From: Octopus bimaculoides
Lineage: Eukaryota
Assembly (NCBI RefSeq): GCF_001194135.2
Contig: NC_068981.1
Location: forward strand, 191,306,706 to 191,370,705
Reading direction: 5' to 3'
DNA length: 64,000 bases
Positions 1 through 12,839 of this stretch are shown piece after piece. The stretch's first letter is position 1. Each line of letters opens with the position of its first letter. The position numbers and the translations under genes were made by a program. The notes below the pieces were generated by a model. That model worked only from the letters and a program-made list of their open reading frames with translations. It made no database searches and was not told the origin of the DNA.

Positions 1-125
1 ATATTATGTTGGCAAACAATCTTTACTACGAAGTACTGTTGCTGAATATCTCTCGTTGTGAGATTTAAAAATAGTAATTTTCTAAAATATTTTGTCTTTG
101 GATCTCTTCCCACTTCACTAAACAG

Positions 126-273
126 ATTACACTTTTATGAATCTTGGTCTGAGAAACCCATCAGATTGACTGGCACTGCAATCAACTATAGCATCTGTAA
201 CAAGAAATTAGCAACCGAAAGACATTTTTCCAAACAGCCTCGACTAGATGATGTTGATGAAAGAAGTTTCATG
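126..273 (+). CDS. Tentative upstream exon E0 of the cadherin gene
   Basis: Pyrimidine tract + aaacag acceptor at 125. Open frame LHFYESWSEKP...PRLDDVDERSFM. Weak donor ATG|gttaat in phase 0 would join E1 as ERSFM|VKDSGHKP. Cadherin similarity is weak. Confidence 0.35.
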
Positions 274-351
274 GTTAATTTCTTTCTGATTAATCCAGCA
301 ACCATGCAGTGGCTCAACTCAGTCTAATGTTCATAATCTTAGTTTATGATA

Positions 352-605
352 TTTATCTTTTGCCTTCTCCTTGTTTTCAGTCATTAGACTGTTGCCATGC
401 TAGGACAGTGCCTTGAAGAATTTTTAGATGAAAGAATCAACCCTAGTACTCATTTTTTTAAACCTGGCACTTATCCTATTGGTCTCTTTTGCTGAACTGT
501 TAAGTTATGGGGATGTAAGTACACCAACACCAATTGTCAGGTGGTGGGTAAGGGACAAACACAGACACAAAAACACATGCACACAACACATGTATATCTA
601 TATAT

Positions 606-641
<36 letters not shown>

Positions 642-930
642 CTGTAAGATCCAATGATCGAGGTACAGGAAGAAATTGAGCTTTAAACATCTAGAAAATA
701 TTATTAAAAAAACACCTTTCAGGAACTATAGTTGTTTATTGGTGTAGGAGGTTGTGAATGTTTCCTGTATCGAAGTATATATATATATATATATATGATG
801 GGCTTCTTTCAATTTCCATCTACCAAATTCACTCTGAAGGTTTTGATTGGCCTGAGCGCAATGTGTCAGACCATTGGACTGAAACTGGAACCATGTGGTT
901 GGGAAGCAAACTTCTTGCCACATAGTCACG
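352..930 (-). mobile_element. tRNA-derived SINE family A, split by a ~135-bp insert in its internal (TA)n tract
   Basis: Head ccacatggttcc.../atttggtagatggaaa and tail cagcatggc...aatgactgaaacaag match the copy at 55148-55542. Confidence 0.75.
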
Positions 931-2300
931 TCTGAACCTATCTAGTTCACAGAAATAGAATTTATGTACATTTTTGTTAGTTTAAAAATGAAATCTATAT
1001 TTGCAAAGATTTCACATATATGTGTGTATATATATGTGTGTATATATATGTGTGTGTGTACGCGCGCACACTTGTGTGTTTCTGAATGTGTCCATATACA
1101 TCTGTGTGTATTAGGAAAGATTTTAGTTCTGTCAACTTACTCTTCAAGTTATTTCTACATTTTGTATTGGTAGGAGTGATTTCTTTCTGCTTTTATTTTT
1201 TGAATTAGTTTCTCTTATCTCCACCACCACCACCACCACCACTCCAACTCCCTTTCTATGCAATCTTTAACAATATTATTGCAATTTATATTTCCATACT
1301 GTTCCTATCTTGAAATATTTTAAGCAACTCTCTGTTATTTACCCAATGTAATTTGCATACATTACTATAACAGATATAGCGACCATTTCACACACTAAAG
1401 TGAAACAATAACTACACCTGGATTACTTTACATTTCAAATTTGGTGTGGGGAAGAAGTGGGTGAGAGGCATGGAAAAAATCCCACTTAATGACCTAGGCT
1501 TCAATAAAACAATTGATTTAAATTAACTACAGAATGCAAAGTGCACCTAATTTAGATTCATAACATTTGAATGGTGAATTAACTTAAATAGACTTGAGTT
1601 TCTTTGTGTACTCTGGAACTGTAGGTACCATATTGGTGATGGCAGTAGGATTATGTGACCTCCAGGAACTCTGCTTGTTGTCTAAAGACACCCCAATCAC
1701 ACTAACATGAAATCTGTAAAATCCAAATTAACATCTTTAATATAGTAAGCCAAAAAATTCTAATTAATGAAGATTACACTAGATGGAAGAGAAATAATAT
1801 TTTAGCATAATAATTCTTTCACATTTTGGCTGCAGGCCAGCAAATTTTTAAGGGGTAGGGTAGATGATTAAATTTACCCCAGCAGAATTTGAGGTCAATT
1901 TACGCTCTTTATGTAAATTGACCTTCTGGCTCTATACACACAGAGTGTAAAGAACCAGAAGAAAAACATTTTGTCACTGCACTAAAAATTCTGCCAGTTT
2001 GTCACCTTTATGTTTAATAATTAATTAATTCTTAATAATTAATTATTGTTATGTAAGGTAGAGGAGACAACTTAGATATTTTAATTAAATAACATTGATT
2101 TGTAAATTGAATGGAAGTATATAGTGTGGAGTAAACGTGGTCTTTAGTGAATATGGATGACAATTTTGAATATGTTTTAGTCTTATTAAACCTCCTCAGC
2201 ATAGCATAATTTGTATTGGCACTTGCCACCTCTTGAGATTTCAGCTGAAATACATCCCATTCTTTATTTAATATCTTTTATTTCTTTTTCTTTCCTTTAG

Positions 2301-2867
2301 GTGAAAGATAGTGGTCACAAACCAAAGAAAGGAACGTCCAAAGTGACTGTAATGGTCAGTAATATGATGTGTGAAACGCCACTGTTTAACCAGGAGTTCT
2401 ATTTTTTCTACCTCTCCCATAGTCCAGTTCCAGCTGACCACCCTCTTGGTTATATTGGCTATGAGAAAAATGGATTTGATTCGATATCTGTCGATATGGA
2501 GAAATCTTCTGTGAAGGAGTTCTTTGTTTTTGATGAACCGTTTGGCAAGAAAGTATTGTTAAAGAGCAAGAGGGAGATTTCGTTCAATGAAGTCCTTACG
2601 TCTCTGTCAGCGTTTCTAGTCACCCATAACCTGTTGCGTTTCTCCATCTTGATTTGCTCTTCGACTTCGGTACATTGCGCACGTAGCAGCATCTTTTTAT
2701 CTTTGGAGCAGGTCAACAAGTTTGGGGACCAGACAAAAACAGTTAATATTTCCGAGAATAATTCCCCAAATGCTGTAGTTATTAATACAGGTCATTTCAT
2801 GGGGAAACCAAATAGCATATATAGATTCGTTGAAAAATACCCAGATTTCAACATTCACCCAATAACA
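2301..2867 (+). CDS. Cadherin exon E1 (phase 0-0)
   Basis: tttcctttag|GTG...ACA|gtaagt; [19 protein letters not shown]...[11 protein letters not shown]...FNIHPIT. Confidence 0.88.
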
Positions 2868-5800
2868 GTAAGTATGTTTTTGTTTAAATTTACTAATCTA
2901 GTTACATGGCGTCTGAGTCAAAAAAAAACTCTTCGTTATCTATCAACAAAGCATCTTTATCTTAATTATCTATTCACAAAACACTTTTATCATCATTATA
3001 TGTCAACAAATTCACATCTATTTTCGTTATCTGTCTATAAAACACATCTTTGTGACTATGTTTATATGTTAACTGGTTGATTATTTGTGTTAATAAGTTT
3101 TATTTTTGTAAGAAGAATCGTAACAGTGATTATGAAATGTTTTACTGGATTTTAACTTTATAAACAAACAAATCTGAATGGATAAATGATCAGAATTGGT
3201 TTTGTTGAGACAAACCTGTTATATGGTGTGATTGGAATTAAGATGTGTATGATTAGAACCAAGGGGTATATAGAAACTAAAGTTCCAATTTCATTGGTTT
3301 AAAAGGCAACAAATAGAAAACTAAAACAACAAATTAAATTGAAGTTTTATATATATTATTTATTTACTGTGACAATGTAATCTACATTGAGGCAACAAAG
3401 ACCTGAAGATTAGCTAAGCTTCTCTGTGATCATTATTTCTTGTGTAAAAAACTTCAGCTTGTTATGAAACATTTGTAGGCTGTATTTTACCTGTTCCACT
3501 CCTTATCTTTTTGATTTTTGTTCACATTCTTAGTCGCATTAGTTACTAAATTGTGAGTTGTATAGAAACTGTCAGCTTATCAAAATTTCCTTTAACTTCA
3601 ATATGGGAAGAAGTATATAACTTGCAATGCTAGTAAATATGTTTTATCATACATTGTCCAGTTTCTGCCATTTATACCAGCCACCTGAATGGTTGAAGCT
3701 TATTAACTTGCTACACTTAGTATAACGGTGTGAGTACTAGTGCTACATAGTAAACACTGGTGATGGTGCCACATAAAAAGCACACAGCACACGCTGGGAG
3801 GGCATTCAGCTATAGAAACCAGGCCAAACAAACTATGGGACCTGGTGCAGCCCCTGGCCTTGCCAGTTCCTGTCAAGCCATCCAACCCATGCCAGCATGG
3901 AAAACAGATTTTAAATGTTGATGATGATGATGATATTTATATATATATATATATTATGCCAAATCAGACTGAAGTCTGGTGCAGCCTTCCAGCTTACCAG
4001 CCCCGTCAAACCGTCCAACCCATGCCAGTATGGACAACATATGTTAAATGATAATGCTGATGATGATGATATCAATATCTCAAACATGTTATGTGAGTGT
4101 GTGTGTGTGTGTGCTGCTTAATTTTTTTTTTTTTTTTTTTTTTTTCAATAGCTTTTGGATATTTTTGTAAAATTTTTGAGCTGCCAGCTATTTTTGTTAA
4201 CCTGATTGTTAATTCATTTCAGTTGCAATTTCTTCCTTTTCAGATATAGAAAAGACAAAATATTTTTAACCCGATAACGGCTTAACTGATTTTTTTTTTT
4301 TTTTTTTCGTCTTAAATCCTGGAGAAACTTCAAAATGTTATTGTTGTAAAAGTGGCACTAACATTTCCAAAGTTCCAGTCTTCTGTATTATTAATTTAAT
4401 TAGAAATAAATAAAATAGAAGAGGTCTAATATATGTGAAAAATTAAATGCTTTGAAGAGTGACTTTTTACAACATTTAGTAACTTGTATTTACTTTCACT
4501 TTTGAACAGGGTGTCATAACTACAAACAGAAGTTTTGATCGGGAAGCTGGGGATCGCCGTTTTATTATCAGAGTAGAAGCCATTAGTGATGCTGAAGATT
4601 CGTGCCGCAATATTGAGGTTTGCATTAATTTACTTGTTTCTATAAAATTTATTAATTAATTAACAAATATTCTACTTACCTTCTTCCAATTATATTTATT
4701 AGTTCCTGTTACCAACATTTCAACAATTTCATAATATTATATATTAGTGATTTTATTTAGTTCCACCTGTAGAGTCATTAACCAATTGGTTAATGGCTCC
4801 ACAGAAAATTGGAATTGTGAATTTCCCAGTTAAATTATTGATCTGATATGAGTGAAAAGATACAGTGCTTCAACTAAGAATCAAAATGCCCAAACAAAAG
4901 ACCCCTATGTTGGGAGTAAGGTGTAAATATTGCAGGGCCAGTTTGTGTTAATGCTTTAAAGGCTTAGTGTGCTTGTACTAAACATTCCTATCTTCTTGAT
5001 GAGAAATTCTTAATGAAAGCTATTATCTATGACTCTAGAATAAAATCACAGATGGGTTAGCTCAGAAACAGAAGAAATTATATTGGTATGAGTGAAAGCA
5101 ACTTTAAAAACTATGATCTGAATTACTAATCTAGTTTCAGAAACAAGGAAAAGAGAAATGCCACAGACTTATGCACTTATTTATGTAGTTGGAGGAATGA
5201 TGTATTGACAGTTATGGCATTAACTGTTTAATGATTGATCATAGAACACCATCTTTAAATAAAACAAAACACAGCCATATATATATGATTGAGAAATCCA
5301 TCATATTAACGAAACTAACACTTACTTCAGAGAGAAAGATGCGAGTAATGTCAATGGTACAAGCCATGACAGAGAAGTATAACTGGACTGAGGTAGCACA
5401 TTTGGAGAAAAAGAGCAGCTGAATGTTTGCAGCACATTGTCCTGAATCTCTGAATACTGATGAAAAAATGTTAGCATTGGACATATTTATTAGTTGATTG
5501 TTAATACAATCTCTGAGGATTGCTGTTCTTGTAAGAATTAATATTATATACATATATATATTATATACATATATATATTATGGAGATGTACTTGCATAGC
5601 AAGTGACCTGATCTGAAATTGTGTGCCGAAACGAAAACAATTGCAGCATGAAAGGTATTTATAAGCCATTTAAAAACACACAAAAACCATTAGATTCACT
5701 TCAATATTGAAATTTAATTTGTTAAAATACTTTCGTCACTTTGAAACTGTGACCTGTTCACTGACAAAATTCTGTGCAGCACAGAATTTTGTCAGTGAAC

Positions 5801-6090
5801 AGGTCGTGGTTTCAAAGCGGCGAAAATATGTTGAAGTAAATCTAATGGCTTTTGTGTGTTTTTAAATCGCTTATAAACACCTTCCATGCTGCAATTATAT
5901 ATATATTCTTTTGAATTTAGTTCCTTTTGCAGAATTCAAGCCAGTCACTAACAAAGTGACAAGACTTTCTTTGATGAAGTCAAGACAGCACTTTGGGGTT
6001 TGTGTATATGCGAATTGCTTGGTGATCACATATATGTATTTGTGTGTTTGTGGATGAACTTGCTCTCGTGTATACATGTGTATGTGTGAG

Positions 6091-6128
<38 letters not shown>

Positions 6129-6542
6129 TGTGTGTATGTGTTGGGTGTAGTCCATAGACTTATATTGAATATATATATATATATATTATATATATATATA
6201 TATGTGTGTATGTATGTATGTATGTGTATGTATATATATACACACATATGTATATATATACACACATATGTATATACATTTGTATATATATATATCCACA
6301 TGTATATACATTCATATATATTTGTTGCCAGTACCGTCTGACTGGCCTTCATGCCGGTGGCACGTAAAAGCACCCACTACACTCTCGGATTGGTTTGCGT
6401 TAGGAAGGGCATCCAGCTGTAGAAACTCTGCCAAATCAGATTGGAGTCTGGTGTAACCACCTGGTCCACCACTCCTCAGTCAAATCGTCCAACCCATGCT
6501 AGCATGGAAAGCGGACGTTAAACGATGATGATGATGATGATG

Positions 6543-6575
<33 letters not shown>

Positions 6576-7705
6576 CACATATGTATATACACACATCTAT
6601 ATTTATATGTAACCATGTGTGTGTATACATATGTGTATATATATATANNNNNNNNNNNNNNNNNNNNNNNNNNNNNNNNNNNNNNNNNNNNNNNNNNNNN
6701 NNNNNNNNNNNNNNNNNNNNNNNNNNNNNNNNNNNNNNNNNNNNNNNNNNNNNNNNNNNNNNNNNNNNNNNNNNNNNNNNNNNNNNNNNNNNNNNNNNNN
6801 NNNNNNNNNNNNNNNNNNNNNNNNNNNNNNNNNNNNNNNNNNNNNNNNNNNNNNNNNNNNNNNNNNNNNNNNNNNNNNNNNNNNNNNNNNNNNNNNNNNN
6901 NNNNNNNNNNNNNNNNNNNNNNNNNNNNNNNNNNNNNNNNNNNNNNNNNNNNNNNNNNNNNNNNNNNNNNNNNNNNNNNNNNNNNNNNNNNNNNNNNNNN
7001 NNNNNNNNNNNNNNNNNNNNNNNNNNNNNNNNNNNNNNNNNNNNNNNNNNNNNNNNNNNNNNNNNNNNNNNNNNNNNNNNNNNNNNNNNNNNNNNNNNNN
7101 NNNNNNNNNNNNNNNNNNNNNNNNNNNNNNNNNNNNNNNNNNNNNNNNNNNNNNNNNNNNNNNNNNNNNNNNNNNNNNNNNNNNNNNNNNNNNNNNNNNN
7201 NNNNNNNNNNNNNNNNNNNNNNNNNNNNNNNNNNNNNNNNNNNNNNNNNNNNNNNNNNNNNNNNNNNNNNNNNNNNNNNNNNNNNNNNNNNNNNNNNNNN
7301 NNNNNNNNNNNNNNNNNNNNNNNNNNNNNNNNNNNNNNNNNNNNNNNNNNNTATATATATATATATGTGTGTATGTATGTATGTATGTGTATGTATATAT
7401 ATACACACATATGTATATATATACACACATATGTATATACATTTGTATATATATATATCCACATGTATATACATTCATATATATTTGTTGCCAGTACCGT
7501 CTGACTGGCCTTCATGCCGGTGGCACGTAAAAGCACCCACTACACTCTCGGATTGGTTTGCGTTAGGAAGGGCATCCAGCTGTAGAAACTCTGCCAAATC
7601 AGATTGGAGTCTGGTGTAACCACCTGGTCCACCACTCCTCAGTCAAATCGTCCAACCCATGCTAGCATGGAAAGCGGACGTTAAACGATGATGATGATGA
7701 TGATG

Positions 7706-7738
<33 letters not shown>

Positions 7739-8685
7739 CACATATGTATATACACACATCTATATTTATATGTAACCATGTGTGTGTATACATATGTGTA
7801 TATATATATATATTCTTTCCTTTATTATTCACATATATAATAAATGTTGAGGATTTGATGTTCAAAATTTGTTGGATTTTTTTATGACTTATCATTATTC
7901 CAAACCCAACTTACCACTTATTTTTTCCATTTTTTAATTTTTAACCAATCTATTTCTTTTAGATATAGTTTCAGAGAATCGTTTCTCATTTAACTAATCT
8001 TCTCTTCCTTTTACAATCATTTCTAATGTGATGCAAACAGTTACAGACTTGAGTATTTATTGTGAAAGGAAACGAAATATTATATTAGCATCTACAGAAC
8101 CATTATATAGATATATATATCTTGTCATTCCCCATTCATATGTTCTCTGTGAATAAAGAAGACAGTTGTAAATGGTTACAAGTATTCAGATCTGCCAGAA
8201 TACAAAAACTGTCTGTTGCAAAATTTCTAAACAAAAAATAAAAGGAATTTACAGAAATATAAAAAAAAAAACACAGATAAAGCAAATAATTATTTCAAAT
8301 GATTTTATTGTTCCATAATCTTAAAGTTAAAGCTTTTTATCATCTACCCCATTTCTTAAGTGTTTTTATGTTATCTCAATGACAAATACAAAACATCCAC
8401 AAAAGTTTGTCCACATGCAGGTTTTATTTATCTATTTGTGTTGAAACCTTTTGATACAAAACCCACCTGAGACTGCCTCTAATACTATAACATATAGCTT
8501 CTTGTTTAAAATATTCATCAGCAATACCAGCAGCATTATCATCATCATTGTCATCATTTTTTACATCTTTGGATTTGACGAGATTTCTTAGGTAGTAATC
8601 TACCTGAACACCACACCTTGTCTGACATTTTTTGTTTGTAGGTGAATTAAACATCTTCACCAAGGTAACGTGAATACAAAGACTC

Positions 8686-8744
<59 letters not shown>

Positions 8745-10487
8745 TATGCATGCACACACACGTAACATGGGTTCCCATATAGTTTTCTTCTACCAAATTT
8801 TATTCCCAAAGCATTGGTCATCCTGAAGATACAGCAGAAGATGCTTGTTCTGGTTATCATACAGAGATAATTTTCTTTATCTTACTCTCCAACTCATTCT
8901 CCTTTGTTTTCCAAATGGCGTATCCATGTATCTACTCTACAGCAAGACACCCATATTTGTCCCCTCTGTACCTTAAATCTCTCAACTGACACAAACCCAT
9001 ACACCCCTCAAAACCACTCCCTTCTCCTCAGTTGAGAGTTTTTTTGTCTTGCAAGATACTTGGTGACCCTGTTGAAGCTGGTGCCACATAAAAAGCATTG
9101 GTGCTGGTACCTTGTAAAAAGCACAAGTGCTACATAAAAGGTACTGGTGCAGGTACCACATAAAAATCACTGGTGATGTTGCCACATAAAAAGTACTAGT
9201 GATGTTACTGCCTTATAAAATCACACAATATACTCTGTAAAGTGGTTGGTGTAAGGAAGGGCATCCAGCTGTAGTAATCATACCAAAACAGACAATAGAA
9301 CCAGATGTGGATCCTGGCTTTGCCAGCTCCTGTCAAGCCATGGAAAATGGACATTAAATGAGGATGATAGTGATGATGATGAAATTAAACCCAAAACAAA
9401 CTTCCTAACCAAACAGCCATCATTCAAGCTTGCCATCATAATTCTTTGTACTTTGATGGTCCACACAGACACTTCATAGCTACTATTTTTTATCTCTTCC
9501 TGATCCAACCAATCACTCCCACCATCTCTTCTAAAATGTTAGTCATATGACTCCTCTACATCAAAAAATCTGTTTTGCTCTGGCCCCTTCTTTCATTGGT
9601 ATAATGCTGCCGCCCTCTCTATTGTATCCCTCCTCATTCAAAGAGGATTTTAATCTTGCAAGCAGTATGCACCCACTACACATTGTACAGTGATTGTCTT
9701 TAGGAAGGGCATCCAGTTGTAGAAACCATGCCGAAGCATTGACACTAGGGCACAATGTAGTCCTTGTGCTTGTTGGATGCTACCAAACCCTTCAACAGAA
9801 TGCCAGCATGGAACATAGATATTGGATGGTAGTGGTGGTTGTGGTGATGCTGGAGCTGTTGTTGCTGCTGTTGCTGCATATAAACTTTGTTAGAGTAATC
9901 ATGGACTCTAACAATCATGCCTCAGCCTTCACTCTCCTCCACATGAATATCAGTAAACCACAAAGAACATAAAACTGCACAGTATTTTCATTGTTGCAGT
10001 TTTCTCAAAGACCACTTCCACAGACTAACAATGCTGCAAATCAAAAATACTAATTATCCCCCAAAAATTTTTTTAAATTACCAAGAACCATCACAATCCA
10101 TACCATTACACACACTTTGGGGGATTATAGAGTTAAAACTTCAAGTTTAGTTCATTGTTTAGAAGTCATAGCTTGTTTCTATTTTATCTGTTTCTGTCCT
10201 ATTTCAGAAGCTGCACTCAGTTAATTTTAATCAATTCCAGATCAATAAATCTATACAATTTATTGGTTTGATATTTGCAGTTGCATTCAAATTAAGTTGC
10301 TTGGCTTTAAAAATTTAGGACCAAATTGGAAGTGACAGAGCAGAGATAAAATTTGAAAAAAAAAAAAACTCACATAAATAAAATAAAAATTTACTTTAAT
10401 TCTTCTGTAGTAGAATGAATTAGAGGAAGGAAAATCTGAACATTCATGCAGTGGTTTTATTTTGAAAAATCTAAAAAGTATTCAAAC

Positions 10488-10521
<34 letters not shown>

Positions 10522-12808
10522 TTATTGAAGAAATCAGTAAAATTTCTTATAGTTATTGTCTTTCCTGTTTTAACGACCATTTGAAATGAAATGTCAGTGA
10601 TAATAGTCGATAATGATGACTTTAATGATTTCTTCATTAAAATTGAAAACAGTTGGTAATTGCAGTGAGATTTCATAAAATTCAGCTAATTCATAATAAC
10701 TAAAGAAGAATTAGATCATCATTATTTTTATGTCTGTTTTTCCATGATTGCATGGGTTAGATAAGTCTTTCTCTAGCAGCTGTTATAACCAATATAATCC
10801 CCTTCATGAAGTTCAATCTCCTGTAATCATCCTTTGCCAGTTTTTTTCGGTTACAGGAAATTTCACCATAAACACTTATGCCATAAGAAATCTTGCTTTA
10901 AATGACCTCATCACATTTTTTTTAATGTTTGATGTTGAATAAAGGCTTGCTTATTTAATGCTTCCATGCTGGTGGCATATAAAAATCACCATTCAAGCGT
11001 GGTCAATGCCAGTACCACCTGACTGGTCCTGTGCCGGTGGCACATAAAAAGCACCATTTGAGTGTGGTCGTTGCCAGTGCTGCCTGACTGGCCTTTGTGT
11101 TGGTGGCACGTAAAAAGCACCCACTACACTCTCGGAGTGGTTGATATTAGGAAGGGTATCCAGCTGTAGAAACCTTGCCAGATCGGATTGGAACTTGGTG
11201 CAGCCTTCTGGCTTGCCAGCCTTCAGTCAAACCCTCCAACCCATGCCAGCACGGAAAGCAGATGTTAAAGCGGACGAAAACGATGATGATGATGATAATG
11301 ATGATGAAAACTCTTTATAATTTCTTTTTTTATATAATATGCTGATGTAATATGCTTCATCAATATCCATATAACAAATTTGTCTCAGTGAATTTTCCTA
11401 TACAGTGAAATTTCTTATAGTAAATTTTCTGGTCACTGTTCTTTCCATGTCTTCCTTGGTCGTCTTCTTTTGTGAGTTTCTTCTGGCAAGATTGTTTGTC
11501 ACACATGAATGTAATTTACTTAATACCACATGTGGTGCACAAACCACTATATCACACACTTAATACTACCACATGTAGAACTTTTAATCAATACAACTAC
11601 AAATAGCACACTCAATGAATACCACTGCATGTAATACACTTGCACAATGATGCTACATGTAGCACACTTTTTATTGCTTTGTGCTACACACCTGATCGAT
11701 ACCACTACATGTATCACATTTAATCAATGCTGCTACATGTATCACATTTAATCAATGCTGCTACATGTATCACATTTAATCAATGCTGCTACATGTATAC
11801 TTGATCAATATTGCTACATGTTGCACAATCAATACTGTTGCATGTAACATAATACCGATCATGTTGCACAATCAATACTGTTACATGTAACACAATACCA
11901 CTCATGTAACACTAATTTTTGGTTTTTAGTTTGTCTACATGAGGGTACATCTCTCATGTAGCCATTGATTACAACAGTTACCCACTGTTAAATTTCTGCT
12001 TATTTCCCAACTGAAACCAGTCATTTCTTCTACATTGTCATGTGGTCTCTACAACCAAACAGTGTTTCTAAAATAAGCAGGGTTGTATCTCTATGAAGAC
12101 CTTTCAATTCTACATTCATTCACACTTATTCTGTAGCTCTAGACAGATGAAATTCCATGTAAAAGGGCTGCCAGATTGCAAAATACTGATTCAAAATACC
12201 TATGTTTAGGAGCATACGAATTAACAATTCAAATATATAATAGTTTGTTATATCTTCTATATATATATAAAAGAGAGATTCTGTCTGTTTGTTTGTTTGT
12301 CGAGCAAAATGAAAGTAAATGGTTTAGGGGAAGTTATTATGCTTTTTCTATATATATGAAATCGATATTCTGTCTCTTTCTTTCTGCGGCTAAATAAAAG
12401 TACCTTTGTAAGAATCCACCAGAAACAGCTTCAGGTTGCTTCATACATTCACTTGCAAGACGGCATAAATAATGATGGGTATGGAAGTAATCCTCTGGGG
12501 CAGCTGTGCATCCTTCCATTGAGTTTCACAAGTGGACTCCACTTCTCATTTGTAAAATATTTCAGTGGAGTATTGAAAACTGGTCTTATTTTATGAAATA
12601 AGACCAGTCTTCAATGCCTCACTGAAATATTTTACAAAATAGTAAGGGGGTTCACTTGTGAAGCTCAATGGAAGGATGCACAGTTGCCCCAGATGATTAT
12701 TTCCGTACCCATCATTATTTATGTTGAATTTCAATTTCATATATATTTAGAAAAACCATTTACTTTCATTTTGCTGGACAAACAAACAAACAGACAGAAT
12801 CTCTCTTT

Positions 12809-12839
<31 letters not shown>

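Noticed and set aside
6189-7810. Identical 459-bp direct repeat (6189-6647 = 7352-7810) flanking a 704-N gap
   Set aside because: An exact copy on both sides of a gap is the signature of an unmerged contig overlap, so it is most likely an assembly artefact.
6026-7895. Many ORF-track entries rich in YI/HT/VC or X
   Set aside because: Translations of (TA)n/(CA)n microsatellites and N-gaps; the same applies to ORFs at 19939, 20456, 22878-23124, 27261-27749, 31120-31611, 40301-40937 and 54777.
11510-11905. Regularly spaced short palindromic repeats, superficially CRISPR-like
   Set aside because: No unique spacers, units are contiguous and degenerate, no cas genes, eukaryotic intron.
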